From contig JBBTTR010000024.1 in NCBI GenBank assembly GCA_038064155.1, positions 1 to 31,629 of the forward strand: a DNA stretch of 31,629 nt, written 5' to 3'. A program made the translations under genes and the position numbers. The stretch's first letter is position 1. Every line of letters begins with the position of its first letter. The DNA comes from Patescibacteria group bacterium (lineage in GTDB: Bacteria; Patescibacteriota; Minisyncoccia; Phycocordibacterales; UBA2163). The notes below the pieces were generated by a model. The model was not told where the DNA came from. It saw only the letters and a list, made by a program, of their open reading frames with translations, and ran no database searches. Below, piece after piece: positions 15,205 through 23,966 of this stretch.

Positions 15205-16923
15205 ATGTATAAAAGCTTAAAAACCTCAATTTTCATCGCGCTCGTTTTTGTTTTGTTTTCTCCGCAGGCGGTCTCTGCCGATATAACGACAGGTTTGGTA
15301 GGACATTGGAAATTAAACGAAGGAAGCGGAACTGTTGCGACAGACAGCGGAAGTGGCGGAAACGAAGGTGTGCTGACAGGAAATCCAACTTGGACCACGG
15401 GACAAATCGGTGACTACGCAGTAGATTTTGATGGTGATGATTTTATAGAAGTTACAGACCCTAACTTTGGTTCCGCTAATACATTCACTGTAAGTCTGTG
15501 GATTTATCCGACAAACGCAAACACGGAAGTAATTTTAAATTATGGAAACGATACTGCTGGCAGGGGTTGGCGGTTGATTAGAGCTTCAAATGGGACAATA
15601 AATTTTAGAAACGCTCTTGCTCAGGGAGGAAGTGGAACAGCCGTAGCGCCACTTAACACTTGGACGCACATTGTTGCTTTTATATCAACTGGTTGGAATG
15701 ACATAAACACTTATGTAAATGGTTCTGCTGATTATTCAACGCACGGAGGAGATACAAGTTCGCCGAATTCAACTGATGATTTTAGGATTGCAAGGAATTG
15801 GGACAATGACCAAAGCGGGACAAGTGCTCAATTTATTGGAAGAATAGATGATGTTAGGTATTATAATAGACTACTTTCAGGCAATGATATCGCCGAACTC
15901 TATGCCTACACAGAACCAGTTACGGTAGTAGAAGCCGCCACCCCACACACCACCTCCATCCACCACAAAGCGGGAACACCGCCAGTGGTATCTCTGATAA
16001 AAGCGATAGACATAACAGACAGTAGCGCGACGGTAACATGGACAACAGACCTTGAAGCGCATGGAGAGGTATATTATGGCACAGACATAAATCCAACAGA
16101 TGTTAAAACAGACTGGACTCCAACAAAAGATCACAGTATCAAATTAGAAAACTTGCAACCTAAAACAACATATCATTACTCTGTGCGCTCTAAAGACACT
16201 ATAACAAACTCCGCGCTGACATACTCTGACAGATACTCTTTCACGACAATAGGCGTGCCAGACACAGAGCCGCCTGAAACGCCAAAGTTTCTCCGTTCAC
16301 GTTCTCTATCATCGTCAAACATAGACTTATTGTGGAGTAACTCAACAGATAACAATAACGGTGTAAGATACAACATACTGCGAGACGACACGCTAATAGC
16401 CACAACAATAAACAACTCATTCAGAGACGATAACTTATCTCCGGATACGCGGTATTCATACGCTGTGTCCGCCATAGACACGTCAGAGAATGAATCGGAT
16501 AAAATCACCGTCACAGAAAAGACAAGACGCGGCGTAAGCGCAAGCAACTTATCATTTGACAACACGCCGCCGGAGACACCGCGTAACTTAAGAGCTGAAG
16601 TTGTGTCAGACGACAGGATTGATTTGAGGTGGACGGAGGTGGATGACGATTCTATTCTTACCAGATATAATGTATTTAGAGATGATTTTTTGATAGACAC
16701 GGTAGTGAAGACTTTATATAGAGATATTGAACTTTCGCCAAATACCACATATACATATTCCGTATCAGCGATGGATATATCGTCAAATGAATCCCTTAAA
16801 TCATTCAAAGCTAAAGCAACTACTTTTTTAGAAATAAACTACTGTTCCGCGTTTCAAAAACAAACTCTCTTTCAAAAACTGCAAAACTTTGCCGTCGCTA
16901 CCGTGTTGAGATTTGACTACTAG
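15205..16923 (+). CDS. Secreted LamG-like (concanavalin A fold) + fibronectin type III repeat protein
   Basis: Signal peptide ending AVSA; GLVGHWKLNEGSG..FIGRIDDVRYYNR.LS; FN3 units with VTWTTD..YHYSV, DTEPPETP..YSYAVSAID.SENES, DNTPPETP..YTYSVSAMD.SSNES. Confidence 0.85.
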   Translation: MYKSLKTSIFIALVFVLFSPQAVSADITTGLVGHWKLNEGSGTVATDSGSGGNEGVLTGNPTWTTGQIGDYAVDFDGDDFIEVTDPNFGSANTFTVSLWIYPTNANTEVILNYGNDTAGRGWRLIRASNGTINFRNALAQGGSGTAVAPLNTWTHIVAFISTGWNDINTYVNGSADYSTHGGDTSSPNSTDDFRIARNWDNDQSGTSAQFIGRIDDVRYYNRLLSGNDIAELYAYTEPVTVVEAATPHTTSIHHKAGTPPVVSLIKAIDITDSSATVTWTTDLEAHGEVYYGTDINPTDVKTDWTPTKDHSIKLENLQPKTTYHYSVRSKDTITNSALTYSDRYSFTTIGVPDTEPPETPKFLRSRSLSSSNIDLLWSNSTDNNNGVRYNILRDDTLIATTINNSFRDDNLSPDTRYSYAVSAIDTSENESDKITVTEKTRRGVSASNLSFDNTPPETPRNLRAEVVSDDRIDLRWTEVDDDSILTRYNVFRDDFLIDTVVKTLYRDIELSPNTTYTYSVSAMDISSNESLKSFKAKATTFLEINYCSAFQKQTLFQKLQNFAVATVLRFDY

Positions 16924-16959
16924 TATTTTAGTAGATAGTAAATTACTGTAAGTTAGACA

Positions 16960-17000
16960 AGACAAAATACCCGCGAATAAAGCTTGCGGGTATTTTGTCT
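16960..17000. terminator. Bidirectional terminator between convergent genes
   Basis: 15-bp perfect stem AGACAAAATACCCGC/GCGGGTATTTTGTCT. Confidence 0.75.
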
Positions 17001-17035
17001 AAACTTACTATGTTTATACAATGACCCCCTTGGAT

Positions 17036-18196
17036 TTAGTCTTTCTTGTGTGAAAGCGTCATCTTTTGTTCTTTTGGTTCAAAGATAATTATTTTGAACT
17101 TATAAGTTTTTCCAAGTTCAAGCGCGCTTCGCAATGACTCTTCATTTTCAAATTCTGAAACATGCACAAGTCCCGCCACACCTTCTTCTATTGAAGCAAG
17201 CGCTCCGTGTTTATTGTATTTGATAATAACACCCGTCACTTCATCGCCCTTCTTATATTTGGATGTTGCTCCTTTCCACGGATTTTCTTTCAGCGCTTTT
17301 ATAGAAAGTGAAATCTTTCCGTCTTTTATTTCAATAATTTTCACTTTTATTTTATCTCCGACAGAGAAAAGGCTTCTGGTGTCATCAACAAGTCCCCATT
17401 CAATCTCAGAAATATGCACGAGTCCTTCAAGTCCGTCTTCAAGTTTTACAAAGATTCCAAAATCAACAATTCCAGTCACTTCTCCTTCTGTCTCGTCGCC
17501 AACCGTGTATTTATCAACAATTTTTTCTTTTTCTTTCTTTTCAGGATCTTTTTCAGAGAATATTAGTTTACCTTCTTTTGGGTCAGCAGTTATTATTAAC
17601 ACTGAAAGTTTTGTACCGACAAGTTTCTTTAGTTCGTTTAATATTTTATCTTTGTCTCCATCTGTAACTCGCGGGTAATGGCTTGCTTTGAGTTGTGATG
17701 CGGGCAGAAACCCTTGTATGTTTTTCCACTCAAGGATGAGCCCTCCCTTGTTTGCTTCTTTTACTTGCACATCAATGACACTTTTATTCGCGATAGCGAT
17801 TTCAGCTTCACTCCATAATAGCGCTTGACGAGCTTCTTTTAATGAAAGTTCAATATAACCATCTTTATTTGTAGTTCTATCAATTACCTTTGCGGCAATA
17901 TTATCTCCAATTCTTACTTTTCGTAATATATCAGATGCTTGTAAAAATTCCTTTCCGTAAATAATACCAGTTCCAAATGGGTGCATATTAATAAATACAG
18001 TCGATTTATCAATACCAATCACAGAACCTTCAATAAGGTCTCCAACTTCGGGTGGGGTAGGACTATCATTTAGCATCTTTGCCATTGGAGAATCCTTCTT
18101 TCCTTTTTTTACCGCTTGTAGAGGCAAATCTTTTGTTTCAACCGCTTCGTTTTTATTTTCTTCTTTATCTTCTGAATTTTCAATTTCTGTTGTCAT
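17036..18196 (-). CDS. rpsA: 30S ribosomal protein bS1 (short form, about four S1 domains)
   Basis: Repeated S1 motifs: ANKGGLI..GFLPASQL, IVDFGIFV..GLEGLVHISE, ISLSIKAL..NPW, GVAGLVHVSE. Confidence 0.9.
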   Translation of the reverse strand: MTTEIENSEDKEENKNEAVETKDLPLQAVKKGKKDSPMAKMLNDSPTPPEVGDLIEGSVIGIDKSTVFINMHPFGTGIIYGKEFLQASDILRKVRIGDNIAAKVIDRTTNKDGYIELSLKEARQALLWSEAEIAIANKSVIDVQVKEANKGGLILEWKNIQGFLPASQLKASHYPRVTDGDKDKILNELKKLVGTKLSVLIITADPKEGKLIFSEKDPEKKEKEKIVDKYTVGDETEGEVTGIVDFGIFVKLEDGLEGLVHISEIEWGLVDDTRSLFSVGDKIKVKIIEIKDGKISLSIKALKENPWKGATSKYKKGDEVTGVIIKYNKHGALASIEEGVAGLVHVSEFENEESLRSALELGKTYKFKIIIFEPKEQKMTLSHKKD

Positions 18197-18218
18197 AATA
18201 TAAAATAGCGCAAGATAT

Positions 18219-18258
18219 CCTTAATACTCTAAAATGTCTCACCTCCAAAGTATTAAGG
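18219..18258 (-). promoter_or_regulatory. Hairpin in the rpsA 5' leader with GGAGGTG in the loop
   Basis: CCTTAATACT/AGTATTAAGG stem 22 nt upstream of the start codon; minus-strand loop GGAGGTGAGACATTTT. Confidence 0.5.
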
Positions 18259-18345
18259 GATTAATTCTTACACGGCTAATAAATACAATACTTCGCATAC
18301 TACTACAAAACTTAACATTTTGCAATTATCTGGTATAATTACTTT

Positions 18346-18495
18346 GAGTTATCGAAATAATCGCAACAAATTTTTCATAAAAGAGAGTTCGCTTAAAGAC
18401 GAGCTTTGCATTGCATAGCGGTAGCTATGGAAAATTAGTATGAAAGATGAGCTCGCGCCTATAATGAAGCCATAGTAGAGTATATTTCGTAATTC
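18346..18495 (+). repeat. Diverged, longer (150-bp) relative of family A, or a structured ncRNA
   Basis: Left end TTACTTTGAGTTATCGAAA vs family A TTACTATGAATTACGAAA; right end TTTCGTAATTC identical; internal stems CGAGCT/AGCTCG and CATAGC/GCTATG. Confidence 0.55.
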
Positions 18496-18510
18496 TAAGT
18501 ATATAAAAAT

Positions 18511-19152
18511 ATGGTAATTACATATCACGGAGGGGAATCCTTTAAGGTGACATTTGGAGATACTACAGTCGCTATAAACCCTATCTCAAAAGAATCAAAA
18601 TTAAGTGGCGCGCGATTTGGCGCCGATATTGCCATCGTCAGCTTGAATGACAAGGATTTTAATGGTGTTGAACAAGTGACACATGGCGACAGAAAACCTT
18701 TTCTTATTTCAGGTCCAGGAGAGTACGAAATTAAAAAAGTTTTCATAAAAGGATTTCAGTCTGTATCGGAATACGGCGGGAGCGAGAGGATAAATACAGT
18801 TTACTCAATTATGCTTGAGGGTATGAATCTTGTATTTCTTGGTGCGCTTAGTTCAAAAAAGCTCAATGCGGATGTAAAAGAAGCGCTAGGAGATATTGAT
18901 ATTTTATTTTTGCCGATTGGTGGAAACGGAGCGCTAAATACGACAGACGCGCACGCGCTTTCTGTTGACCTCGAACCGAAGATTGTTATACCGATGCATT
19001 ATGGAGAGATTGAAGGAGACGAAAAAGGTAAAGCATTAGCTAAATTTTTGAAAGAAGATGGTGGCGAAAACGGCAAGCCAATAGATAAACTTACGATAAA
19101 GAAAAAAGATTTAGAAGGCAAAGAAGGGGAGATAATCGTTCTTAAAACATAA
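18511..19152 (+). CDS. Metallo-beta-lactamase-fold protein (degenerate metal motif)
   Basis: ITYHGGESFKV..INP, GPGEYEI, DILFLPIGG, P.IVIPMHY; the HxHxDH position reads SLNDKDF. Confidence 0.75.
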   Translation: MVITYHGGESFKVTFGDTTVAINPISKESKLSGARFGADIAIVSLNDKDFNGVEQVTHGDRKPFLISGPGEYEIKKVFIKGFQSVSEYGGSERINTVYSIMLEGMNLVFLGALSSKKLNADVKEALGDIDILFLPIGGNGALNTTDAHALSVDLEPKIVIPMHYGEIEGDEKGKALAKFLKEDGGENGKPIDKLTIKKKDLEGKEGEIIVLKT

Positions 19153-19247
19153 CAAAATCTGAAATTCTCTCCTTATTCGGCAGAGCTGGTAAAAGAAAGA
19201 GGCGATGATTTTGTAAAACTCGTTATCACTTGTTAATAAAATCTATC

Positions 19248-19517
19248 ATGTTGAACATAATAGAAAAATTAAGAGAAAAACCAGAATCATACAAAGTCAG
19301 TGTTGCGTTTATAGTGTCCGCGTCTATTGCGGGAATAATATTTATTGTGTGGCTTTCTGTAGTTGGTGTTAGATTTAATAGTCAAGAAAATATAGTTTCT
19401 GAACAAGAAGGGCCATCCCTCGTGGCTGATGTAAAGACCGGATTTTCAAAAATATTTGAGGAGGGAAAAGCGCGGATTGACAGCAACAAAGAAGAGCTAA
19501 AGTTTATAATTCATTAG
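19248..19517 (+). CDS. Small single-TM hypothetical protein
   Basis: MLNIIEKLREKPE then one hydrophobic helix; ATG 19248 preferred over TTG 19230. Confidence 0.7.
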   Translation: MLNIIEKLREKPESYKVSVAFIVSASIAGIIFIVWLSVVGVRFNSQENIVSEQEGPSLVADVKTGFSKIFEEGKARIDSNKEELKFIIH

Positions 19518-19520
19518 AAC

Positions 19521-19561
19521 TCATAAACCACTCATTTTATCCTGAAATGAGTGGTTTATGA
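19521..19561. terminator. 17-bp hairpin after the stop codon
   Basis: TCATAAACCACTCATTT/AAATGAGTGGTTTATGA with 7-nt loop. Confidence 0.65.
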
Positions 19562-19630
19562 TATTTTCAAAAACAAGGTATTAATGATTATCATAAGATA
19601 CACCATCAAGTATTGACTCTTTTTAGATAA

Positions 19631-19673
19631 ACATCCTTTCACTTGGAAACTTAGTTTCCAAGTGAAAGGATGT
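19631..19673 (+). repeat. Family B palindrome, copy 2, with arms extended to 20 bp
   Basis: ACATCCTTTCACTTGGAAAC-TTA-GTTTCCAAGTGAAAGGATGT upstream of gyrA. Confidence 0.95.
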
Positions 19674-19725
19674 AACCTAACTTAGCTTTTAAAATATCCC
19701 AAATATGTTATAATTAAACACAATT

Positions 19726-22200
19726 ATGGCAAAAAAAGATGACGAAAATAAAGCGGAAAAAACACCGCATCAAAATGTAATATCTCAAAATATAAGTTCC
19801 GAAATGAGAGAGTCTTATTTGAGTTACGCTATGTCTGTTATTACATCGCGCGCGCTTCCAGATGTTCGCGATGGTCTTAAACCTGGCGCGAGAAGAGTTT
19901 TACATACAATGAATCAAATGGGTTTGACCGCGTCAGGAAAGTTGAGAAAGTCAGCCGCGGTAGTCGGAGATGTGATGGGTAAATACCACCCGCATGGAGA
20001 CTTGTCTATTTATGACGGTATGGCAAAAATGGCGCAGAACTTTACATATAGATACCCGCTTATTATAGGTCAAGGAAATTGGGGGTCAATTGACGGAGAC
20101 AGGCCTGCCGCTATGCGTTATACAGAAGCAAAAATGTCAAAACTTTCAGCGGAGCTTTTACAGGACCTAGAAAAAGATACGGTAGAATGGCGTCCTAACT
20201 ATGATGACACAAGAAAAGAACCCGTAGTACTTCCAGCGGCAGTTCCGAATGTATTACTTAACGGCGCGCTCGGTATCGCCGTCGGTATGGCGACAAACAT
20301 TCCCCCTCACAATCTCACCGAGGTTTGCAACGCAGTGATTGAACTTATAGACAATAAAGAAGCTGTTATAGAAGACCTTATGAAACACATCAAAGGTCCT
20401 GATTTTCCAGTTGGCGGGATTATTTATAATCACAAAGATATTCATCACGCTTACTCGACTGGGAAAGGCGGAGTACTTGTACGAGGGGATGCTGAGATTA
20501 TAGAAGACAAAAAAGGAAATTTTAATATTATAATCAACTCAATCCCATATCGTGTTAACAAATCTGACATGATAATAAAAATCGCTGATCTCATACGCGA
20601 CAAAAAACTTGAAGGAATACGAGATATGCGAGATGAATCCGCGAAAGGAGACATAAGGGTTGTAATAGAGCTAAAGAGCGGCGCGCAACCACAAAATGTC
20701 CTAAACTATATTTATAAACACACGCAACTTGAAGAGACTTTTCATTTTAATATGGTCGTGCTTGTAGATGGCGTGCCACAGACACTTTCACTCAAAAAAA
20801 TACTTGAAGAATTTGTTTCTCATAGACAAATAGTAGTGCGTCGGAGAACGGAATTTGATTTAAAAAAAACAGAAGACCGTGAGCATATTCTTATAGGGCT
20901 CAAAAAAGCGCTTGACCACATAGATAAAATAATCAAGACAATTAAGGCGTCAAAAGATGCTCCGACTGCCCACGGCGCTCTTATGAAAGAGTTTAAATTC
21001 TCCGACAAACAGGCAATAGCGATACTTGAGATGAAACTTCAAAAACTTGCGGGACTTGAGCGAAAGAAAATTGAAGACGAATTGAAAGTTGTTCAAGAGG
21101 TTATAAAAAATCTCAAAGATCTTCTGGCAAGTCCTAAAAAGATTCTCACTACAATCAAAGACGAACTTCAAAAAATCATTACAAAATACGGCGACGAACG
21201 AAGAACAAGAATTGTTAAAGGTGGAGTCAAATCTATTTCTGCGGAGGACCTTATACCAGACGAGGAAAGCATTTTGGTGTTAACTTCAGGCGGGTACATG
21301 AAAAGGACAAATCCTGATGAATATAAAAAACAAAAACGTGGAGGTGTTGGGGTAATTGACCTAAACACAAAAGAAGAAGATTTTGTGACTACATTCTTAA
21401 CCGCGAATACTCATAGCGATTTGCTTTTCTTTTCTGATCGTGGAAAAGTGTATAAAATGAAAATGTATGACATCCCAGAAGGAAGACGCGCGACTCGTGG
21501 CAAGTCTATTATGAACTTTTTGTCATTTCCACAAGGGGAGAATATCACATCAGTGTTAGCCCTTCCGAAAGATTCTAAGAAAGACGCGCTGTCTCTTGTG
21601 ATGGTAACGAGAAACGGCACCGCAAAGAGAATTGCCGCAGAGAATTTCTATGATGTGCGTAGAAGCGGACTTATCGCGATAACTCTGGTAAAAGATGATG
21701 AGCTTATTTCAGCATCACTTCTTGAGAGCGGTGATGAAATCGTTGTTGCAACAACAAAAGGACAGTCAATTAGATTTAAAGGCGGAGACGTGCGAGAAAT
21801 GGGTCGTAACGCAGTTGGTGTACGCGCTATAAAAATAGGAAAAGACGACAAGATTATTAGCGCTAGTGTCGTAAAGAAAGGCGACACAAACGTAGAAATA
21901 CTGGTACTTAGCGAAGCAGGATATGGTAAGAAGACGAAAATAAAAGAGTATAAGGTGCAAAACAGAGGTGGTTCTGGTATTAAGACCGCAAAAGTCACGG
22001 TAAAAACAGGAAACTTGATTGCGGCAAAAGCTATTGGAAGTAGTGATGTTGAAGACCGCGAACTCGTCGCAATGTCAAAGAAAGGACATGTGATACGGCT
22101 TGATCTAAAAGAAGTGCCATCTCTCGGAAGGCAAACACAAGGTGTGCGAATAATGAAACTCCGCGCTGGAGACAGTATTGCCGCGCTCGTCTGTCTATAA
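19726..22200 (+). CDS. gyrA: DNA gyrase subunit A
   Basis: [26 protein letters not shown] (catalytic Tyr), GyrA-box QKRGGVG, C-terminal beta-pinwheel repeats. Confidence 0.97.
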   Translation: MAKKDDENKAEKTPHQNVISQNISSEMRESYLSYAMSVITSRALPDVRDGLKPGARRVLHTMNQMGLTASGKLRKSAAVVGDVMGKYHPHGDLSIYDGMAKMAQNFTYRYPLIIGQGNWGSIDGDRPAAMRYTEAKMSKLSAELLQDLEKDTVEWRPNYDDTRKEPVVLPAAVPNVLLNGALGIAVGMATNIPPHNLTEVCNAVIELIDNKEAVIEDLMKHIKGPDFPVGGIIYNHKDIHHAYSTGKGGVLVRGDAEIIEDKKGNFNIIINSIPYRVNKSDMIIKIADLIRDKKLEGIRDMRDESAKGDIRVVIELKSGAQPQNVLNYIYKHTQLEETFHFNMVVLVDGVPQTLSLKKILEEFVSHRQIVVRRRTEFDLKKTEDREHILIGLKKALDHIDKIIKTIKASKDAPTAHGALMKEFKFSDKQAIAILEMKLQKLAGLERKKIEDELKVVQEVIKNLKDLLASPKKILTTIKDELQKIITKYGDERRTRIVKGGVKSISAEDLIPDEESILVLTSGGYMKRTNPDEYKKQKRGGVGVIDLNTKEEDFVTTFLTANTHSDLLFFSDRGKVYKMKMYDIPEGRRATRGKSIMNFLSFPQGENITSVLALPKDSKKDALSLVMVTRNGTAKRIAAENFYDVRRSGLIAITLVKDDELISASLLESGDEIVVATTKGQSIRFKGGDVREMGRNAVGVRAIKIGKDDKIISASVVKKGDTNVEILVLSEAGYGKKTKIKEYKVQNRGGSGIKTAKVTVKTGNLIAAKAIGSSDVEDRELVAMSKKGHVIRLDLKEVPSLGRQTQGVRIMKLRAGDSIAALVCL

Positions 22201-22202
22201 TC

Positions 22203-22225
22203 CTGTTTAGGTCAAACCTAAACAG
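22203..22225 (-). repeat. Family C palindrome
   Basis: CTGTTTAGGT-CAA-ACCTAAACAG, 2 nt after the gyrA stop. Confidence 0.95.
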
Positions 22226-22245
22226 AACAAATTTTCTTTATAACT

Positions 22246-22506
22246 ATGACAACAATAATCAAAAAAAACAAAAGATGATTTTTCTCAAATAATTGATAAT
22301 TTTGATTTAGGTTCATACAATCCGCATTCTTATGTCACAAAAGTTGGAAAATAGGCAAAATATATGTTGAAAAAAATTCCAAATACAGATGAGAAATAGT
22401 TCTTTTGTCTGTTTAGTTACACGATCTTGGACATAAAGATCAAGGAAAAGTTTTCGATGTTATTGGAAAAATGCAAAGAGATTTTAAAAATTCAATTTTT
22501 TCCTGA
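22246..22506 (+). pseudogene. Degraded ORF remnant, possibly an APH/type II homoserine kinase-like N-terminus
   Basis: MTTIIKKN, shift in an A8 run, DDFSQIIDNFDLGSYNPHSYVTKVGK*AKYMLKKIPNTDEK*, shift, EIVLLSV*LHDLGHKD..; family resemblance judged by eye only. Confidence 0.3.
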
Positions 22507-22522
22507 AAACTCAAAATAATAT

Positions 22523-22543
22523 TGTTTAGGTTTGACCTAAACA
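22523..22543 (+). repeat. Family C palindrome upstream of RAYT-1
   Basis: TGTTTAGGT-TTG-ACCTAAACA. Confidence 0.95.
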
Positions 22544-22568
22544 GAATAGAGTTGCTATAATTTAGGTA

Positions 22569-23291
22569 ATGAGGAAAGAACCATTTTTTGTTGGAGATTT
22601 TGTGCATGTTTTTAATCGTGGTAATCGCAAACAAGAAATTGTGCGTGATGAAAAAGATAAATTATATTTTTTACAAGCACTTTATTATTTTAACGACTCC
22701 CATTCAATTTTAAATATTTTTCGTAACTTGAATGACTTGTTTAGGTTTAATTTAAACAAGATGATGTGGCCAGAAGAATTTCCAAAACGTGACCCTTTAG
22801 TAAAAATTCATGCTTTTATTTTAAAAAATAATCATTTTCATCTAATTCTTGAAGAAATTAGAGAAAGTGGTATTTCTGAATTTATGAGAAAATTGAGTAC
22901 AGGAGTGACTTGTCGTTTCAACAAGAAATATGACGAAACAGGTAAATTATTTCAAGGGTCGTATAAAGCTCGTCGGGTTGACAAGGACAATTATTTGCAA
23001 TATCTAAATGTTTATATACATATAAAAAATGCTTTTGAAATGTATGAAGGCGGTATTGAAAATGCAATGAAAAATTTTGATGATGCCTATGAATTCGCGA
23101 AGAAATATCCATACAGTAGCTTGAGTGTGTATGAAGGAATAGAATCATTACTTATAAAGATAATCTCTACAGATTGGTTGATTGAAGCTTTTAATGATAA
23201 TGAGTTTAAAAATTTTTCAAAAGAATGTTTGGAATACTTAGATTTTGATGAAACAACATTGAATGTAATTTTTGAACACTCCTCTGTTTAG
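22569..23291 (+). CDS. HUH/Y1 REP-associated tyrosine transposase-like protein (RAYT-1)
   Basis: HVFNRG (H13-R17), NHFHLIL HUH motif (H89/H91), FNKKY..TGKLFQGSY, catalytic-position Y149 (YIHIKN), YPYSS; flanked by palindromes. Confidence 0.85.
   Translation: MRKEPFFVGDFVHVFNRGNRKQEIVRDEKDKLYFLQALYYFNDSHSILNIFRNLNDLFRFNLNKMMWPEEFPKRDPLVKIHAFILKNNHFHLILEEIRESGISEFMRKLSTGVTCRFNKKYDETGKLFQGSYKARRVDKDNYLQYLNVYIHIKNAFEMYEGGIENAMKNFDDAYEFAKKYPYSSLSVYEGIESLLIKIISTDWLIEAFNDNEFKNFSKECLEYLDFDETTLNVIFEHSSV
22736..22760 (+). repeat. Degenerate family C palindrome inside RAYT-1 CDS
   Basis: CTTGTTTAGGT-TTA-ATTTAAACAAG; 3 substitutions from GTTTAGGTTTGACCTAAAC, the two stem changes leave G.T pairs; encodes LFRFNLNK. 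Confidence 0.75.
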
Positions 23292-23312
23292 TGTTTAGGT
23301 TTGACCTAAACA
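23292..23312 (+). repeat. Family C palindrome immediately after the RAYT-1 stop
   Basis: TGTTTAGGT-TTG-ACCTAAACA; the stop TAG itself lies in a half-site CTGTTTAG (23284-91). Confidence 0.95.
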
Positions 23313-23417
23313 GATATAAAAGATGTTAACAGAGCACTATTGATATTATTGATTATTGTATGTAATATTAGTTAAGCTGATGAAGTTAATGAAGCTGATT
23401 TTTAATAAACTAAAATA

Positions 23418-23945
23418 ATGTTTTCTGACCCTAAAAAAAATGTAAAACGATTAGGACTTAATGAAGGTATGACGGTTGCTGATTTTGGTTCAGGCTCTGG
23501 TCATTATGTCATGGCTTTGTCTGAATTGGTGGGAGATAGAGGTCGTGTGTATGCTATAGATTTACAACAAGCGCTTTTACAGAGAGTGAAAAATATGGCA
23601 ATGGCAGAAAATATAGAAAATATAGATATTCTGTGGGGCGATATTGAAAATATTGGTGGAACAAAACTTGGCGATGAGTCTGTGGACGCGGTTATCATTG
23701 CAAACACATTTTTTCAGGTAGAAGACAAAGATACAACTATAATGGAAATACGCCGTGTGTTAAAAGAAAACGGTAAAGTGCTTGTGGTAGATTGGAGCGA
23801 TTCTTTTAATGGTATGGGTCCGCAACCTAATGATATAGTAACGGAAAGCGTATCAAGAAAAATGTTCACAGAAAAAGGTTTTGAATTTGATGAAGATTTT
23901 GATGCTGGGGAACATCATTACGGGTTAATTTTTCATAAAGGATAA
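23418..23945 (+). CDS. Class I SAM-dependent methyltransferase
   Basis: VADFGSGSGHY motif I, VYAIDL, VDAVIIAN, RRVLKENGKVLVVDW. Confidence 0.85.
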   Translation: MFSDPKKNVKRLGLNEGMTVADFGSGSGHYVMALSELVGDRGRVYAIDLQQALLQRVKNMAMAENIENIDILWGDIENIGGTKLGDESVDAVIIANTFFQVEDKDTTIMEIRRVLKENGKVLVVDWSDSFNGMGPQPNDIVTESVSRKMFTEKGFEFDEDFDAGEHHYGLIFHKG

Positions 23946-23966
23946 TATTAAAATAATACCAGGATT

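Noticed and set aside
19152-19214. Imperfect hairpin ACAAAATC...GATTTTGT after the MBL gene
   Set aside because: Only 8 bp of firm pairing, no second copy and no U-tract.
23374-23400. 9-nt tandem AAG(C/T)T(G/A)AT(G/T) x3
   Set aside because: Short, degenerate and AT-rich; cannot be distinguished from chance.
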